Of a stretch of 64,000 bases of DNA, positions 32,701-43,860 are shown piece by piece (the first letter of the stretch is position 1; every line of letters begins with the position of its first letter). Source of the stretch: Eutreptiella sp. 'Long Island Sound 2002' (lineage: Eukaryota > Protista > Euglenida); contig OZ038378.1 of assembly GCA_964036045.1 (NCBI GenBank), positions 3,100,001 through 3,164,000 of the forward strand, in the 5' to 3' direction. The position numbers and the translations under genes were made by a program. A model generated the notes under the pieces. That model ran no database searches. It was not told the DNA's origin and worked only from the letters and a program-made list of their open reading frames with translations.

Positions 32701-35700
32701 TTCTGAGGGGCCAAAATGCCCCAAAATGGGCTCAAAATGGGCTCATTTCACCCGTTTGTGCATCCCAAATGGTCTAGGATGAGGTTTGGAAAAATGTATT
32801 TTTGACCCATTTTTGACCCATTTTTGGTCCCAAAACAGCCCATTTTCAAGGCATTTTGGGATTTTCGGAGGACCAAAATGGGCCACCACAAGCTCAAAAC
32901 GGTCAAGAAACACTTGTTTTGGCGTCGCACATGGTCTAGGATCATTTTTGAGAAAAGTCATCTTTTTGCCCCTACTAGACCCTGTTGACCCATTTGGGCA
33001 CCCACCTGTTTGGGCTTGAGCTTGCAGCTTGCCGCAGCCTAGTGGGCCTAGGTATTGGGGTCTAGGCGTCCGTTTGGGCAATTTTGAGGGGTGGAAACCA
33101 CAAAAAGTGGGGGGCTGCGGGTGGAGTAGGTGCCCTCGGAATCGCATTTTGAGCCATGTAGCCAAAGATATGGCCTATTCTTGGTTTGTGGCTGTCGGCA
33201 TTCGGAGCTTCTGGGGGCCTTTTTGGGCCGTTTCCATGACATATCATGGAGTTAGAGGGCCCTAACCCTAGCCCTGCCCCTAGCCATAGCTCTCACCCTA
33301 GGCTCGGGTTAGAGTGAGTGGTGGGGCCCAAAATGGAGAGCAATGATGTGGCAAAAGGGTTAGGTTTATGGTGATGGTATGGTTAGATGGAGGGCAAGGG
33401 GAGGTAAGGGGAGCCTGTGCCCCCCCCCCCCCCCACCCCACCACCCCAAATAGCCCCACCTGGACCCCCCCCCAACCTGGACCCCCCCCCAACCGACCCT
33501 CCCAACCGCCCCCCCCCCCATTGCCCCTCCCTGAACCCCCCCCTCCAATGCCCCCCCCCCCCCCCGGGGGCCTTCGGCCCACTTCTACTGGGGGGGGTCG
33601 TGTACAAAAGCGAGGAGACGCCCCCCCCCCCCCCGTGGCCTGCACCATAGTGGCATAATGAAGGGTACCACTGCTCACGGCTCACCTGCAGTGTGGCGGT
33701 GTACTGAAGGGTAATTAGGTGATTGGCAAAGCAATGTAACCCTTGTTGATTTTTGATGTAGCGTGGTTAGAGCTTCTTTTTGTTGCAAAGCTGAGTAAAG
33801 AAAATGGAAACATTGTGGGTTCATTGCTCGAAATGGGTCCCCGCACATGGGTTCACAACAACATAAAAGGTGCTGGTTGGGTTTGAGGTGCCTCCCTTGG
33901 GCAGGCGAGGGAAGCATCCTTCGACCCTTGTAATTGAAATAAGAACCCTAGATTTTCAGGTTGCAATGTGTTTTTGTAGCTGTGCATGTGCAGTTGTCCA
34001 TGGCAATACTAGTTGTGCATTGTGGTGCAAATGCATCCATTGCCTGCAAAGCTATTTAACCATGTGTCATGCGGGTCACTCAGGCTTGTGCAATTTCGGC
34101 CATGGATGTTGATCTGGTACGTACAAAAAAAACCCCGCTTTTCACCAGAAACCCCCCCCCAGCACTTTCCCAAGAAACACCGAGTTGCCCCAAAACCCCC
34201 CATTCCTGGCCAAAAATCCCCTTTTCGTTAATGTAACCACTGGGCCCGCAAGACAGCAGGGGTCATGTAGCCACTTTGATTTCCTCCCCACATTGGGGAC
34301 CCTGTAGACGACAGGGGTTGCGTCGCCACCTTGCTCACATTCTGCAGGGAAACAGCCCGAGGTTCCGTGTACATGTCAGCCATATGTTGCTGTTACCACT
34401 GTTTGGCGCCAATGGAGCACCCTCAGTTCATTTTACAGGCCCAGACCCCTGCCAATTCTTTGCCAGTTTGCCAGTGCCAGTGCCAGGGAACCTGCAACTT
34501 GGCAGCACCCCAGACACTCACCATTTTCTTAAGCTGTTGTGTGCATGGCTATCGACGTGGTCTTGTGATCGTGCGATTACGTGTGTGCGCAGGTCGAGAA
34601 GTTGTGTGAGGCCATGGGGATTAAGTTCTACAAGCATCACGACCTTGAGCGGATGGATTACAACGATGACAATCAACTGACGGGAATCTACATCAAGAAC
34701 CAGTCGGAGGTATGGTCACCGGAGAGCACATTGTGGTCGAGGGGAGGTCAGGTAAGGTGGGCCCGGGCGGCGGCGCAACGTTCCCCTTGATGCCTCGCAG
34801 TCCCATCCGGTTTGTCAGGTCCTCTGCCTCGGAGAGTACGTTCCTGCTCATGCCCCAATTGGCCTCGGGTTCGGTTGTCATGTGCTGCAACAGTCGAGCC
34901 ATGTGAACTCTCAGGGCGCCGCCGGCCCTGGTCAAAGTTGGGGTCTAAAGTTGGCACCAAGGGGTCTAAAGTTGGGGTGTAAAGTTGGCACTGAGGGGTG
35001 TAAAGTTGGCACCATGGGGTCTAAAGTTGGGGTCTAAAGTTGGCACTGGCTAAAGTTGGCACCAAGGGGTCTAAAGTTGGCACCATGGGGTCTAAAGTTG
35101 GGATCTAAAGTTGGCACCAGGCGGGGCCTCGGGGCAGAGAAACTCTGCCGCATGCTCAGGGATGCATTGGAAGGGGGCAACGTCCCCCCCCCCCCCCCCT
35201 CCAGGGCGCCCAGCCCATGCCCAGCCACTGTCTCCCTGACGGCAAATGCCAGCCTCAATGGCATTTGTAACCGACAGTAACCGCCCCCAACCGCTTTGGC
35301 AACCTCCTCCAACCGCCTGTCCAAGCGCTTCCGGGGCCGTCTCTGGGGTTCTGCTGCATCCCTGCGCATGCTTTCCTGCCTAAATGCTCGGTCGGAAGTG
35401 ATCTGCCTTTTGGGAACTGCGCGGGCGTGTTCGCTCGCTCCGTGGACCTAGATGCTCGAAAGGCGCATCTCCCCACGTGTTGAATGTGCAGGCGTCCGCA
35501 CAGGAGGGGTGCTTCGGGGCCCAGACTTTTCAGGCCCACTCTAGGCACAGCTCCCCCAGCGGGTGGTCAACCGCCCACTTGCAGCGGCTACCAGCCCCAT
35601 TTTTCTCGGCCAGCCCCCCCACCACCGTGTGGCCGGCCGATACGCAGTGTACTGTCCTGTAGACTGCATCCGGAAGCCCATCGAGTGTTCCTGTGTTCCC

Positions 35701-38700
35701 TTGAGCCTCCAATCCCAAGTCGAATCCCCCTACCCTCATCAACCTCCTCCGCCTGCCTCTCCCTCTTCCCCGTCACAAACTCCATTTTACACGTTTCGCA
35801 CCGTTTGACCGCGTTGTCCCAGCGTTTTTCTGCATTTCGCGGGTTTCCCCGCGATTTCATGGGCCAAGGGGCTTTTTGCCACCGCATCAGTGTGTTGCCT
35901 TGGCGTTCACGGGCGTCCAGGCCTCGGCTTGCGCACTCACTCCGCTTCCTTGTGCGTGGTCCCAATGTCGTGCAATGCATGGCACAGGTTTTGCTCGAGG
36001 ATGGCGAGGGATCGCAGAGGGCACGGCGATCGGTGGAGCTGCCGTGCACGATGTTCGTTTACTGTCATGAGAAGGACATCGACCCGGCCATTCTCTCGGC
36101 CCTCAACAAACGGTCCATCGTGTTCGACGGCCGTGTGATCGTCGAAAACAATTACCGCACCACCGACAAACAGATCTACGCTGCAGGTCTGCCCCTGTGG
36201 GAACACGCCTGTGGCCCTGTGGTCCGAGTCTGACTTGAGATGTAGTGGAGGGTGCCCTCCAGAGCGGAAGGAGGGCACGTGAAGCCTGCCGGCGCTGGTA
36301 GGGGAGTGCACGCCACGGGGGCAGTGTGCGCAACAGTCATACCCCCCCCCCCCTTGCGCGAACACGGGCTTGTCCAAACACGGAGACCCCGTGTTTCCGC
36401 ACTTTTGGTCCTTTTTTTGAACCGTCGTTTTTGTGGTTCTGATCCAATAGAGAACGTGGTTTATAGCTTTGTGCAGGATGCAGGAAGGGTCAATATGGGT
36501 GACAAAGTGTTGCTACAGCTATAATTCCATGTGCTCTTGTACTCTGGGGTGTATGCCGGTCTGTTGGACACTCTTTCATAGTCATAAACGATTGGTTGGG
36601 CTATGCCTGCAACTTGTGTTCCACAGTACGTGCCGCGCGCTAACACGGGCTTGTCCAAACACGGAGACCCCGTGTTTCCGCACTTTTAGTCCTGGAACCA
36701 GAACCTGGCCCGTGTTTGCGCAAGGGGGGGGGGTAAGTGGGGCGTGAACCCCCGTGACCGCCAGACACAAACCGCGACAAATAAGCAGCTCGCCCAAAAC
36801 GACGGCACGGCGCACTGGATACGACTTTTACCGTTCGCTTTGCGGAGGGTGGCCTCATCGCCTGGTGCTGCTCGGCTTCATGTGATGGCTTTTCACTCAA
36901 ATGCCTGGGGTGGTAAGTAGGACGACAGGGTGTACGACCAGAGTTTTGGCAGTAGACACGCGGTACAGAAGGCGGGCACGAAGAGGGAGCCAGAGGCGGA
37001 AGGGGGAGGGGCTGAGAAGGGGCACGGGGCAGGGAGAGGGGTAAGGGGAAGCCAGTCTGAAACAGGCATAATGACGACAGGAACAAAAAGCGAAGACGAG
37101 TCGTTGAATCAGCGACACAAAAATCTCATCACTGGCCAACAGTAAAGGGGTTTTTGCGGCAGCGGACAATTTTGGTTAATGAACATTTGAGGAACAAAGT
37201 TTCCCCCACGACATTGTCCCCAGCCAAACTCTCCGTGCCCCGCTCTCCCGCTGTGTGTGTCGCCATGGCCCTCTCGCATGGCGTGCATGCAAGTGGCTGT
37301 GACTCAGGGTGTGGGCTACAAGCACAGGCAAGTCATGTTGCAACCCAGACGCCACCACGGCAATATTTCTTGTGTAGCATGCCATTTATTTGTGAATTCA
37401 TGTGGTTTGATGGAAAGGAACGCCACAATTTTTGGCAAACCCACTTTGATCGTTGCAATGTCCACTCCGACTTCGGGTGATTTGCAACATCACTTGCATT
37501 CTTGCCTACATTGCAAGTGTGGGTGGCCACCAGGGGTCGCATACTCTTGGATGGGTTATGTTGATGCCACAGGCATTCAAATTTGAGTTCTTTGACCCGG
37601 CATAAATGTGACAAAGGCGTTTATTGTTGAGTGCAGTGTACGGAGTATGGGCGGAGGTTGCACAGTAGATCTTTGGGAGGCGACACACAAAAGACCCGAT
37701 GAAAGACACTGAGGAGACCACAAGTGAGGATATACCAACTTGGCCATGGGCAGCATTCGAAACAAGGTCAACCAATTCAACACCTTGTAGCCTTCAGTTG
37801 TGAGTCGACTTCGCATGTGCTCCACATCGCCCGAAAGCCATTCATTGCCCACATCATATGCCATAGGCACATGCGTCACAGTGCTCCCACAATCTATCCT
37901 TGTTCTGAAAAATGTCCACCCAGATGCCTCATCAAAAAACCTTTACAGTGGCTTTTGCGGAAGATCAGGAATTCTCGTTTGTGCAGAATGTCGGCGCAGA
38001 CATTATCATTTGTAAATTGTTGTTGGTGGCCCTCATCCAATTTTCTGAGGGTCACTGTTGGAGCTCCCACGTAGCCCAGTGTTCACGCTGCGCTTTTTGC
38101 TGCAGAGGACCCTCCGCAGAATCTTCCGCCGACACAGCGATGGCGTGTGGGCGAAGGGGGGGGGGGGTGGCAAATGGGTACCAGCAGCCCCCACGCGGCC
38201 CTGTGCCCATCGTTTTCCTCTCAATTTGCACGTGTGCACATTGGCGTCCACTGCACAAATCGTGTACTGTGAAGCCCAGCGTGTGTCGATGCACCGGGGC
38301 CCCGTGCGTCTGTACGCCCCCCTCCGTCCTCCGTGCAGGGCCCATCGCCATGTTCAGCCGCCGCTTCGGCCCCTACGAGCCCTTCGAGACCTACAGTTCC
38401 ATGGAAGTGGGGCGGCACCTGTGCCACACCGTCCTGGCCTTTTTGGGGGTGGAGGAGTTCAAGGCGAACGTGGAGGAGGACGAGGAGGAGAAGGACGGCA
38501 TTGACCGAGAGCAGCTGCGGAAGGAGCGAAGGGGGCAGCTGTTCTCGGACGAGGCCGCGGAGCTGGCGACCGAGAAGGGCCTCAAGGACGAGGTGATCGA
38601 GCGCCCCAAGCCCCTGCCGACCTACAAAGACAACCGCATGTGGTGCGTGCTGCTGCCCAATGACTACCACTACTTCCACTGCCAGACCCACGACTGCCGG

Positions 38701-40676
38701 GGTGAGTCCGTGAAGCAGGCCAACAACATCAGCACGGAGGACGACAACGGCGACAGCTACATCCGTGTGTCCGTCAACACGACGCAGTACATCCAGTCCA
38801 TCTCGTATTTGGGCAGCAACAAGTATGCCGAGGCTGCACTCCGCAAAGGATTTGGGAGCGGGGCACAAGGGCATGCAGCAGGGGGAAGGGCCCCGAGGGA
38901 CTTGGCAGCACCGGGTGTGCTTGTGGCGCGCAGAGGGTGGCGGAAGCGACACCCGTGCGACACGCGCAACGTGTCACTCGTGCCGAACACTCGACGCTTT
39001 GTCACCACCGAATGGGATCTCCCAGCAGCGATGCGTGCGTTCGATGTGCCACGCCCGGAGAGTGGAGAGTGTAGTGGGTGGAGTGGAGTGGATGGAGTAG
39101 ATTGTTGGGAAGACCCACTACAACACGCCTTGTCTCGCCATAGCAGACCGGTGCCAAGGGGGCATGCCGCGTGTCCAAGGCACGCTACCCGCGGCGGACG
39201 CCTGCGTAACATACCGCCCAACGGGTTGGCATCCTTTCTCGGGCTTCAAAGGCTGAGCTTGGCATCTTCTCAGGCAAGCAGCAAGGCGCACACGGGGCAT
39301 CTTTGCGGCATGCTCCATACCGCAGGCTGTGTGGGTTGGTTTCCCTGAGTTCTGGTGCAAATACGGTTCTTCCTGAAGACCTTTGGCTTGTGACTTTCAC
39401 TGGAGGATCTTTGCTTTCGTCTGCTGAAGTGCTTTCGTCTGCTGAAGTGCTTTCGTCTGCTGAAGTGCTTTCGTCTGCTGAAGCGATTACCTGAGTTGGT
39501 GACAGCGTGTGTGGGTTTCAGTACTACCGTGTGCCTCTCGTAAGGGAATTCCAAATGAGACTGTTTTTTGCTCCCGGGGGCTTTGTTGCAGCGATATCCT
39601 GAGCCTGACCTTTGCAAGTGAATCCGAAAGCTGTCGTGTGATCTGCGTACTCGTTGGGCACCATGCTCAGGATTGAGGTGCACAACTTCAAGGTCCTGGT
39701 GGGGCTGCCGCAAACGTATCTAAACATAGTGCAGCGCTGGGACGACGGCTTGATCACGGACGTGCTGGCGTTCCTGCGGCAGAACTGGACGATGGCCGTG
39801 TACTATGACAAGGCTCAGGACTTCATCGTGAACTTGAGGGCCAAGTTCCGGAAGCAGCGAGACATCCAAATGCTCAGCGAGTACATTCTGGAACACGTGC
39901 AGGTTGCGATGGTGGGCGTTGCGATGGTCGCGATGGTGGTGGTGGTTGTGATTTGTGGGTGCGGTCCGCTTCTCGGGAGGTTGGGTTTTCAACTGGGGGC
40001 TGGGGGGGGGGGCTTCGGGAAAAGGGCTCAATTGACACGTTATTGTGAACTGTGGCGCCGAAGGCCCCGAAAATTTTTTTGAGCATTGAAAAAGGTCAAA
40101 AATTTCCCCCACCAAATACATGGCAAACGATGATTTATCTGAAACCCCTCGATGCGCTGATTCCAAAAATCACATTTTCATTTTTTGCCGAATTTTGGGT
40201 CCGGGTCACCTCCGGGGCCCGGGGGTCAGTTGCGGTAGGATTTTGGGGGGCCTGTCAATTGCCCTGTTTGGGGGGGTGTCTAGCCAGAGGGCTGTATCGA
40301 CCCTCCCCCCCTCCCCGGAGTTGACAGCCGGCCCACCCCTGCCTGCATGTGCCCATGGTTGTGGCTGTGGTTGCGGTCCTGCACGTCGTTGTTGTCATTG
40401 TGGCCGTGGTTTGTGCCGCCCCGCAGTCGAAGTGCTGCAGTGTCGTTCGCAAGTCGTTTCGTGGGTGGATGCTCTCACGGCCGGCCCCGCCTCTCCGGCC
40501 CCGTGCAGGCAGAGAATGTGGATTGCATTGACGAGAGCCGCCGCAAGAGGTACGGCGTGGAGGTGACGGCGGAGACGCAGCAGATGGTGCAGCTGGAGCT
40601 CATCAAGTTCCTGCACCAGAACAAAGAGTTCCTGCCCATTTACTTCCTCCCGGACGTCAGATGCCATTTGACTTGA
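20011..40676 (+). CDS. CFAP61: cilia- and flagella-associated protein 61 (CSC/radial spoke subunit). Model: join(20011-20740,22628-22932,23341-23789,25406-25682,27141-27330,28488-28879,34593-34709,35988-36186,38339-38822,39671-39902,40509-40676), 3543 nt, 1180 aa
   Basis: All 10 introns are GT-AG and phase-compatible. The sequence follows CFAP61 along its length: RRSTTED N-terminus, SRIVVIGASCTGLSF, PYDHLVITAGRQY, SIVFDGRVIVENNYRT, C-terminal LPIYFLP. Confidence 0.9.
21855..22290. repeat. ~33-bp minisatellite (gatgcgagtcacagagcgcctgcatggcgcac), ~12 diverged units, CFAP61 intron 1
   Basis: Visible tandem units. Confidence 0.92.
22628..22932 (+). CDS. CFAP61: CFAP61 exon 2
   Basis: cttgcag| ... 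CAG|gtcaac. Confidence 0.88.
23341..23789 (+). CDS. CFAP61: CFAP61 exon 3
   Basis: cctgtag| ... AG|gtcccg. Confidence 0.88.
25406..25682 (+). CDS. CFAP61: CFAP61 exon 4
   Basis: ccgcag| ... ACG|gtgtcg; ends RIVVIGASCT. Confidence 0.85.
27141..27330 (+). CDS. CFAP61: CFAP61 exon 5
   Basis: catcag| GLSFIYTLL ... G|gttgtc. Confidence 0.87.
27609..27925. repeat. (TTGTGTGG)n microsatellite with degenerate extension; 27761-27925 is duplicated at ~28227-28390
   Basis: Visible array and a downstream near-identical block. Confidence 0.92.
28488..28879 (+). CDS. CFAP61: CFAP61 exon 6
   Basis: ccgcag| ... AAG|gtctgc; PYDHLVITAG. Confidence 0.9.
28895..33260. repeat. tandem array of a ~1.1 kb element, four copies (anchors 28895, 29997, 31539, 32749), in CFAP61 intron 6
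   Basis: Near-identical cacccgtttgtgcaccccaaatggtctaggatgag... blocks; period 1102 (copies 1-2) and 1210 (copies 3-4); unrelated ~600 bp insert at ~30865-31458. Confidence 0.93.
32521..32538 (-). repeat. interstitial telomeric repeat (CCCTAA)3
   Basis: ccctaaccctaaccctaa; further degenerate hexamers at 33260-33301. Confidence 0.85.
34593..34709 (+). CDS. CFAP61: CFAP61 exon 7
   Basis: gcgcag| VEKLCEAMG ... GAG|gtatgg. Confidence 0.82.
34940..35120. repeat. ~21-bp tandem repeat (taaagttggcaccaaggggtc) with short variants
   Basis: Visible tandem units. Confidence 0.9.
35157..35364. mobile_element. hAT-family MITE with a perfect 8-bp target-site duplication
   Basis: Ends cagggatgca...tgcatccctg (hAT TIRs such as Ac begin CAGGGATG); flanked by CGCATGCT at 35149-35156 and 35365-35372. 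Confidence 0.85.
35988..36186 (+). CDS. CFAP61: CFAP61 exon 8
   Basis: gcacag| ... G|gtctgc; IVFDGRVIVENNY. Confidence 0.88.
36342..36733. mobile_element. MITE with C-run/G-run TIRs and TA flanks (Tc1/mariner-like)
   Basis: TA|ccccccccccccttgcgcgaacacgggc ... gcccgtgtttgcgcaagggggggggg|TA; internal ~50 bp direct duplication. Confidence 0.75.
38339..38822 (+). CDS. CFAP61: CFAP61 exon 9
   Basis: gtgcag| ... AA|gtatgc. Confidence 0.88.
39408..39485. repeat. 18-bp tandem repeat (tgctttcgtctgctgaag) x4
   Basis: Visible tandem units. Confidence 0.92.
39671..39902 (+). CDS. CFAP61: CFAP61 exon 10
   Basis: gctcag| ... CAG|gttgcg. Confidence 0.87.
40050..40330. repeat. dispersed repeat; inverted copy at ~47990-48215
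   Basis: ttttttgccgaattttgggtccgggtcacctcc..ggcccgggggtcag is mirrored by ctgacccctgggccctggaggtgacccggaccccaaattcggcaaaaaa. Confidence 0.8.
40509..40676 (+). CDS. CFAP61: CFAP61 exon 11 (terminal)
   Basis: gtgcag| ... TGA 40674-40676. Confidence 0.87.
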   Translation, partial: AENVDCIDESRRKRYGVEVTAETQQMVQLELIKFLHQNKEFLPIYFLPDVRCHLT

Positions 40677-43419
40677 GGCCGGGCACTCCCCCCAAAAGAT
40701 ATGACATAGGGACACAACACAAACGCAGACAGGGGCTCTCAGGTACACTCCCCTAGCCCATCCCCCTCCTACTTCCAGCCTTTTTTTTTTGAACTCGTGA
40801 CGGAGAATCTTCTCAAGGAAATAATGTCCCATGTTTGCCTTCCCGCGTGCATTATACTCCTCGTTCTCTCCTTCGTGTGGTATGCTGGACTTTTCCATTC
40901 GTAACCGTTCCCCAAGCCCCCCCCCCCCGCCGGCGGTTGACATCCAACAACCGGCGAGTCCACTGCTGCCGGGCATCGGCCGCAGCCGCACGTTCTTACC
41001 GGTTCATTCGGTTCAGCGCCAACCGCCCGACGCCGTTGGTCAACCGTTCCTCCTCCGCTGTACGTCTCGGCGCTCCGCTTAGGGCCTCCCTTCCCGTAAT
41101 AGGATTTGCGCGCAGCGTCGCAGCGTTCTCTTCCGCTGCGCCCTCCGCGCCCCCCCTTACCAACCTGACCAAGGCCCTCCGTGCGCCTGGAACACCAGGT
41201 TTCCAGTGCACGGGTCCTCTGCTGCCCCACCGGCGCTCTCGACACGGCCCCATCAGGGCTTATCAAGGGCACACATGGGCACGGTGCTGTACACCGGAAA
41301 GGGCTGTTCTTTGTGGCACGGCGGGGCGCCGCAGCCACAGCCACAGAGGCGGCTATCACTGCCGGCCCTCTTCTGTGGTGCACAGAGGCGAGGGCGCCGG
41401 CGAAGCCCCCAGTCTCGCATGCTGCCTCGCCAGCGGTAAACAAGATATACGTCCCGGGGGCAGTCGGAGCAACACAGCGGACTTCTTCCGCGGAAGGACA
41501 ACACAAATGACCCGATCCCATGTTTTCGTCGCTTACTTTCCGTGCCCCTGTTGACCTCCCTTCCCCGTTGCTGTTTGTCAACTCATGGCAGCCCTGCCCT
41601 GCATCCTGTGCCTCGGAGGGAGCAGAATGCCCTCCCATCCATCTTCGCCCGGCATTCAGCGCCGTGGCACAAACAGCGTTGCACGGCTTCGTTGCGCCAA
41701 AACCGCAATGAACGACCGCGGACCTCCGACGGTACGATGGGACGATGGGGTCTCGTCTGCATTGAAACGAAGACATGGATCAGCCGAGCCCTTTTGGACG
41801 CAGGTCGCGCCGGGTAATTTTGGGGGCTATTTGGGCCGGGGAGAGCTCTCCGTACACATCGGCAAACCAGATCATCAGTTCTAACCCTGGACCTACAAGT
41901 CACCCATGACAGCCAGTTCACTGCGGAGTCTGACACCAAAGGTGATGCAAAGGCGAGAGAATCCCAAAATAGGCGGATGAAGTCCAGAAAGAAAAAAACA
42001 GCCTTGCACTGCTGCTGCGCAGCAATTTGCATTTTCTGGGGTTTTTGCAGAGTGGCAACCGGCCAGGGGCTGCAGAGTGATCGCCAGGACGATCCTTAAA
42101 CATGTCATGCGGGCTTTCCTACTTATGAGACACGGGGGCATAGAGGGGGAGGTCTGCATCCATGAGCACGCCAGAAACGTTGGGAGATTCGGAGGCTTTT
42201 GACCCTTGTGCGTCTTTCAAGCGTTACAATGTCACACAATTTGCCATCCGTCCATTGTGTGTGTCTTGAGGCATGGGGTTTGCCCTTTTTGTCATGTGCC
42301 ATTGGGCCTGAGGCCTCAAAAAAATTACACGTATCTGATGGGTTTTGTGAGACTGTACACAGGACTTCTCTTGGCCCAATTGAAAGCCATGTGGATAGGT
42401 TTGGTACGGTTCGAACCCGTGTTTACCCCAGTAAAGCATGATTTCAACACCCGTCGCCATGTCATAGCCAATTTGTGCCCCAAGTCTGAGGCACAGATGA
42501 TGCCTTCAGATGGAATTTTCCTGTTGCCTTTTTGCCCTTACACTTGTTTGGTTGACAGCCTGAGGTACGTTCGGGCCCATTTGTTCACCTCAGCAAGTGG
42601 TTCGTGCACCTTGTGCGGCTCCTTTGTATGTTTTGTATATAGGAGGGCTTTGTATGTTGTTTGACATGTACATACACAAGAGATTCTGTCATTTGTTGTA
42701 ATCTAAGTGCCGTGATCAACAAATTGTTGAAGGTGCATTTGTGCGCATGAGCAGCCTCAAAGTGCATGTTGCTCTTTGCTCACTTGTGATCTTGAAATGG
42801 GCAGGCGGCAGACGCAGACCTGAGCCCTGGTAAAGTGGGGTTGCTGAAGGTGGTCCCCTATTCCCAACTCCCCGATGCAGACGTGTGCACCCGTCTTTTG
42901 CCGATAATCGTCAGGCCCCAGGAGGAGACATGGCAGCAAGGGCGTTGCAGTCGGTGTGGTGTAAGTGAAGCCTAACAGCAAGCATCCCCTTCTAGATAAC
43001 CCTGTGCCCGAGTTCTCCGACGATTGGGGTCAGGCAATGCCTGGCATGAGTGGGCCGCAAGCGTTGGGGACATACTGTCCTTTTAGACTACCCATTGATG
43101 CGCCCATCTATTGTATTGCAAGCATAGTCTAGGGGTATGACAAGGGTGTCACAAGCACGCGACAAAATGGGACATCCACGGCCTTCTTTAAGCCCTCTTG
43201 GTTGTACCTTGCATGTGCATTGGAGGGCAAGCAGTTGGTAGTGGCCATGATGGTGGCTTCACCGTTGCAAAGGTGTAGGATGCAGTGAAGTGAAGTGAAG
43301 TGCCACATGGCGAAGCAACAAAGCCAATAGGACACACATTGAACCACCGTTGACCTGATTCTGATGTACCTATAAACATCTCAATTAGTGGTGTAGAGTA
43401 CAATCATGTAGCGGCATGC

Positions 43420-43860
43420 AACCACTATACCCTTTGTAAGTGCCACCATGATTACCTATTTCGCAATTAAAGAACTATCCGTGCGTTCGTGAAGGCCCAC
43501 ATTGATCCCAAATCGTAATATCCGCCAACGTTCCCAGCATAAGATCAAATATCCATACTATATTCCCAAGGTTGTCCACGGCTACTGTTACTTTATAAAC
43601 ATGGCCTGCATACTTGCGATCGGATAGTACATCAACCCACTTAGCATATAGGCATGGTACCGGTGCCACCAAATCTCATCCACCATTGCATTCAAGCGTG
43701 TGTGAACGCGCGCAACATTTCACATATACACATCATCCGAATAACCTAAACGAGACACTTAGAGACACTTTGCCGAAGAAAAAAGAGCCATTGCAAATTC
43801 CTCCCGGGACAACAAACCTTCCGCGCCATACTTCATACAGAACTCCTCCGCCGTAACACA
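43420..43860 (-). mobile_element. degenerate DDE transposase remnant (DDE_Tnp_4 / PIF-Harbinger-ISL2EU-like)
   Basis: Minus strand KYAGHVYKVTVAVDNLGNIVWI...GTLADITIWDQCGP resembles the Y.G.K..H..K.....D..G.I...GS..D..IW pattern; stops and frameshifts around it. Confidence 0.55.

Noticed and set aside
28895-33260. Hammerhead ribozyme in the 1.1 kb unit (expected for Penelope-like pLTRs)
   Set aside because: No CTGA(N)GA...GAAA core with flanking stems was found by eye on either strand.
28808-33265. Recurrent ORFs MATWLKMRFRG.../MPQPSGPR... in the array
   Set aside because: They are short, variably truncated between copies and show no domain resemblance; they recur only because the repeat recurs.
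40769-41884. 335-aa and 239-aa ORFs after CFAP61
   Set aside because: GC-rich repeat-like sequence open in several frames with no recognisable motifs.
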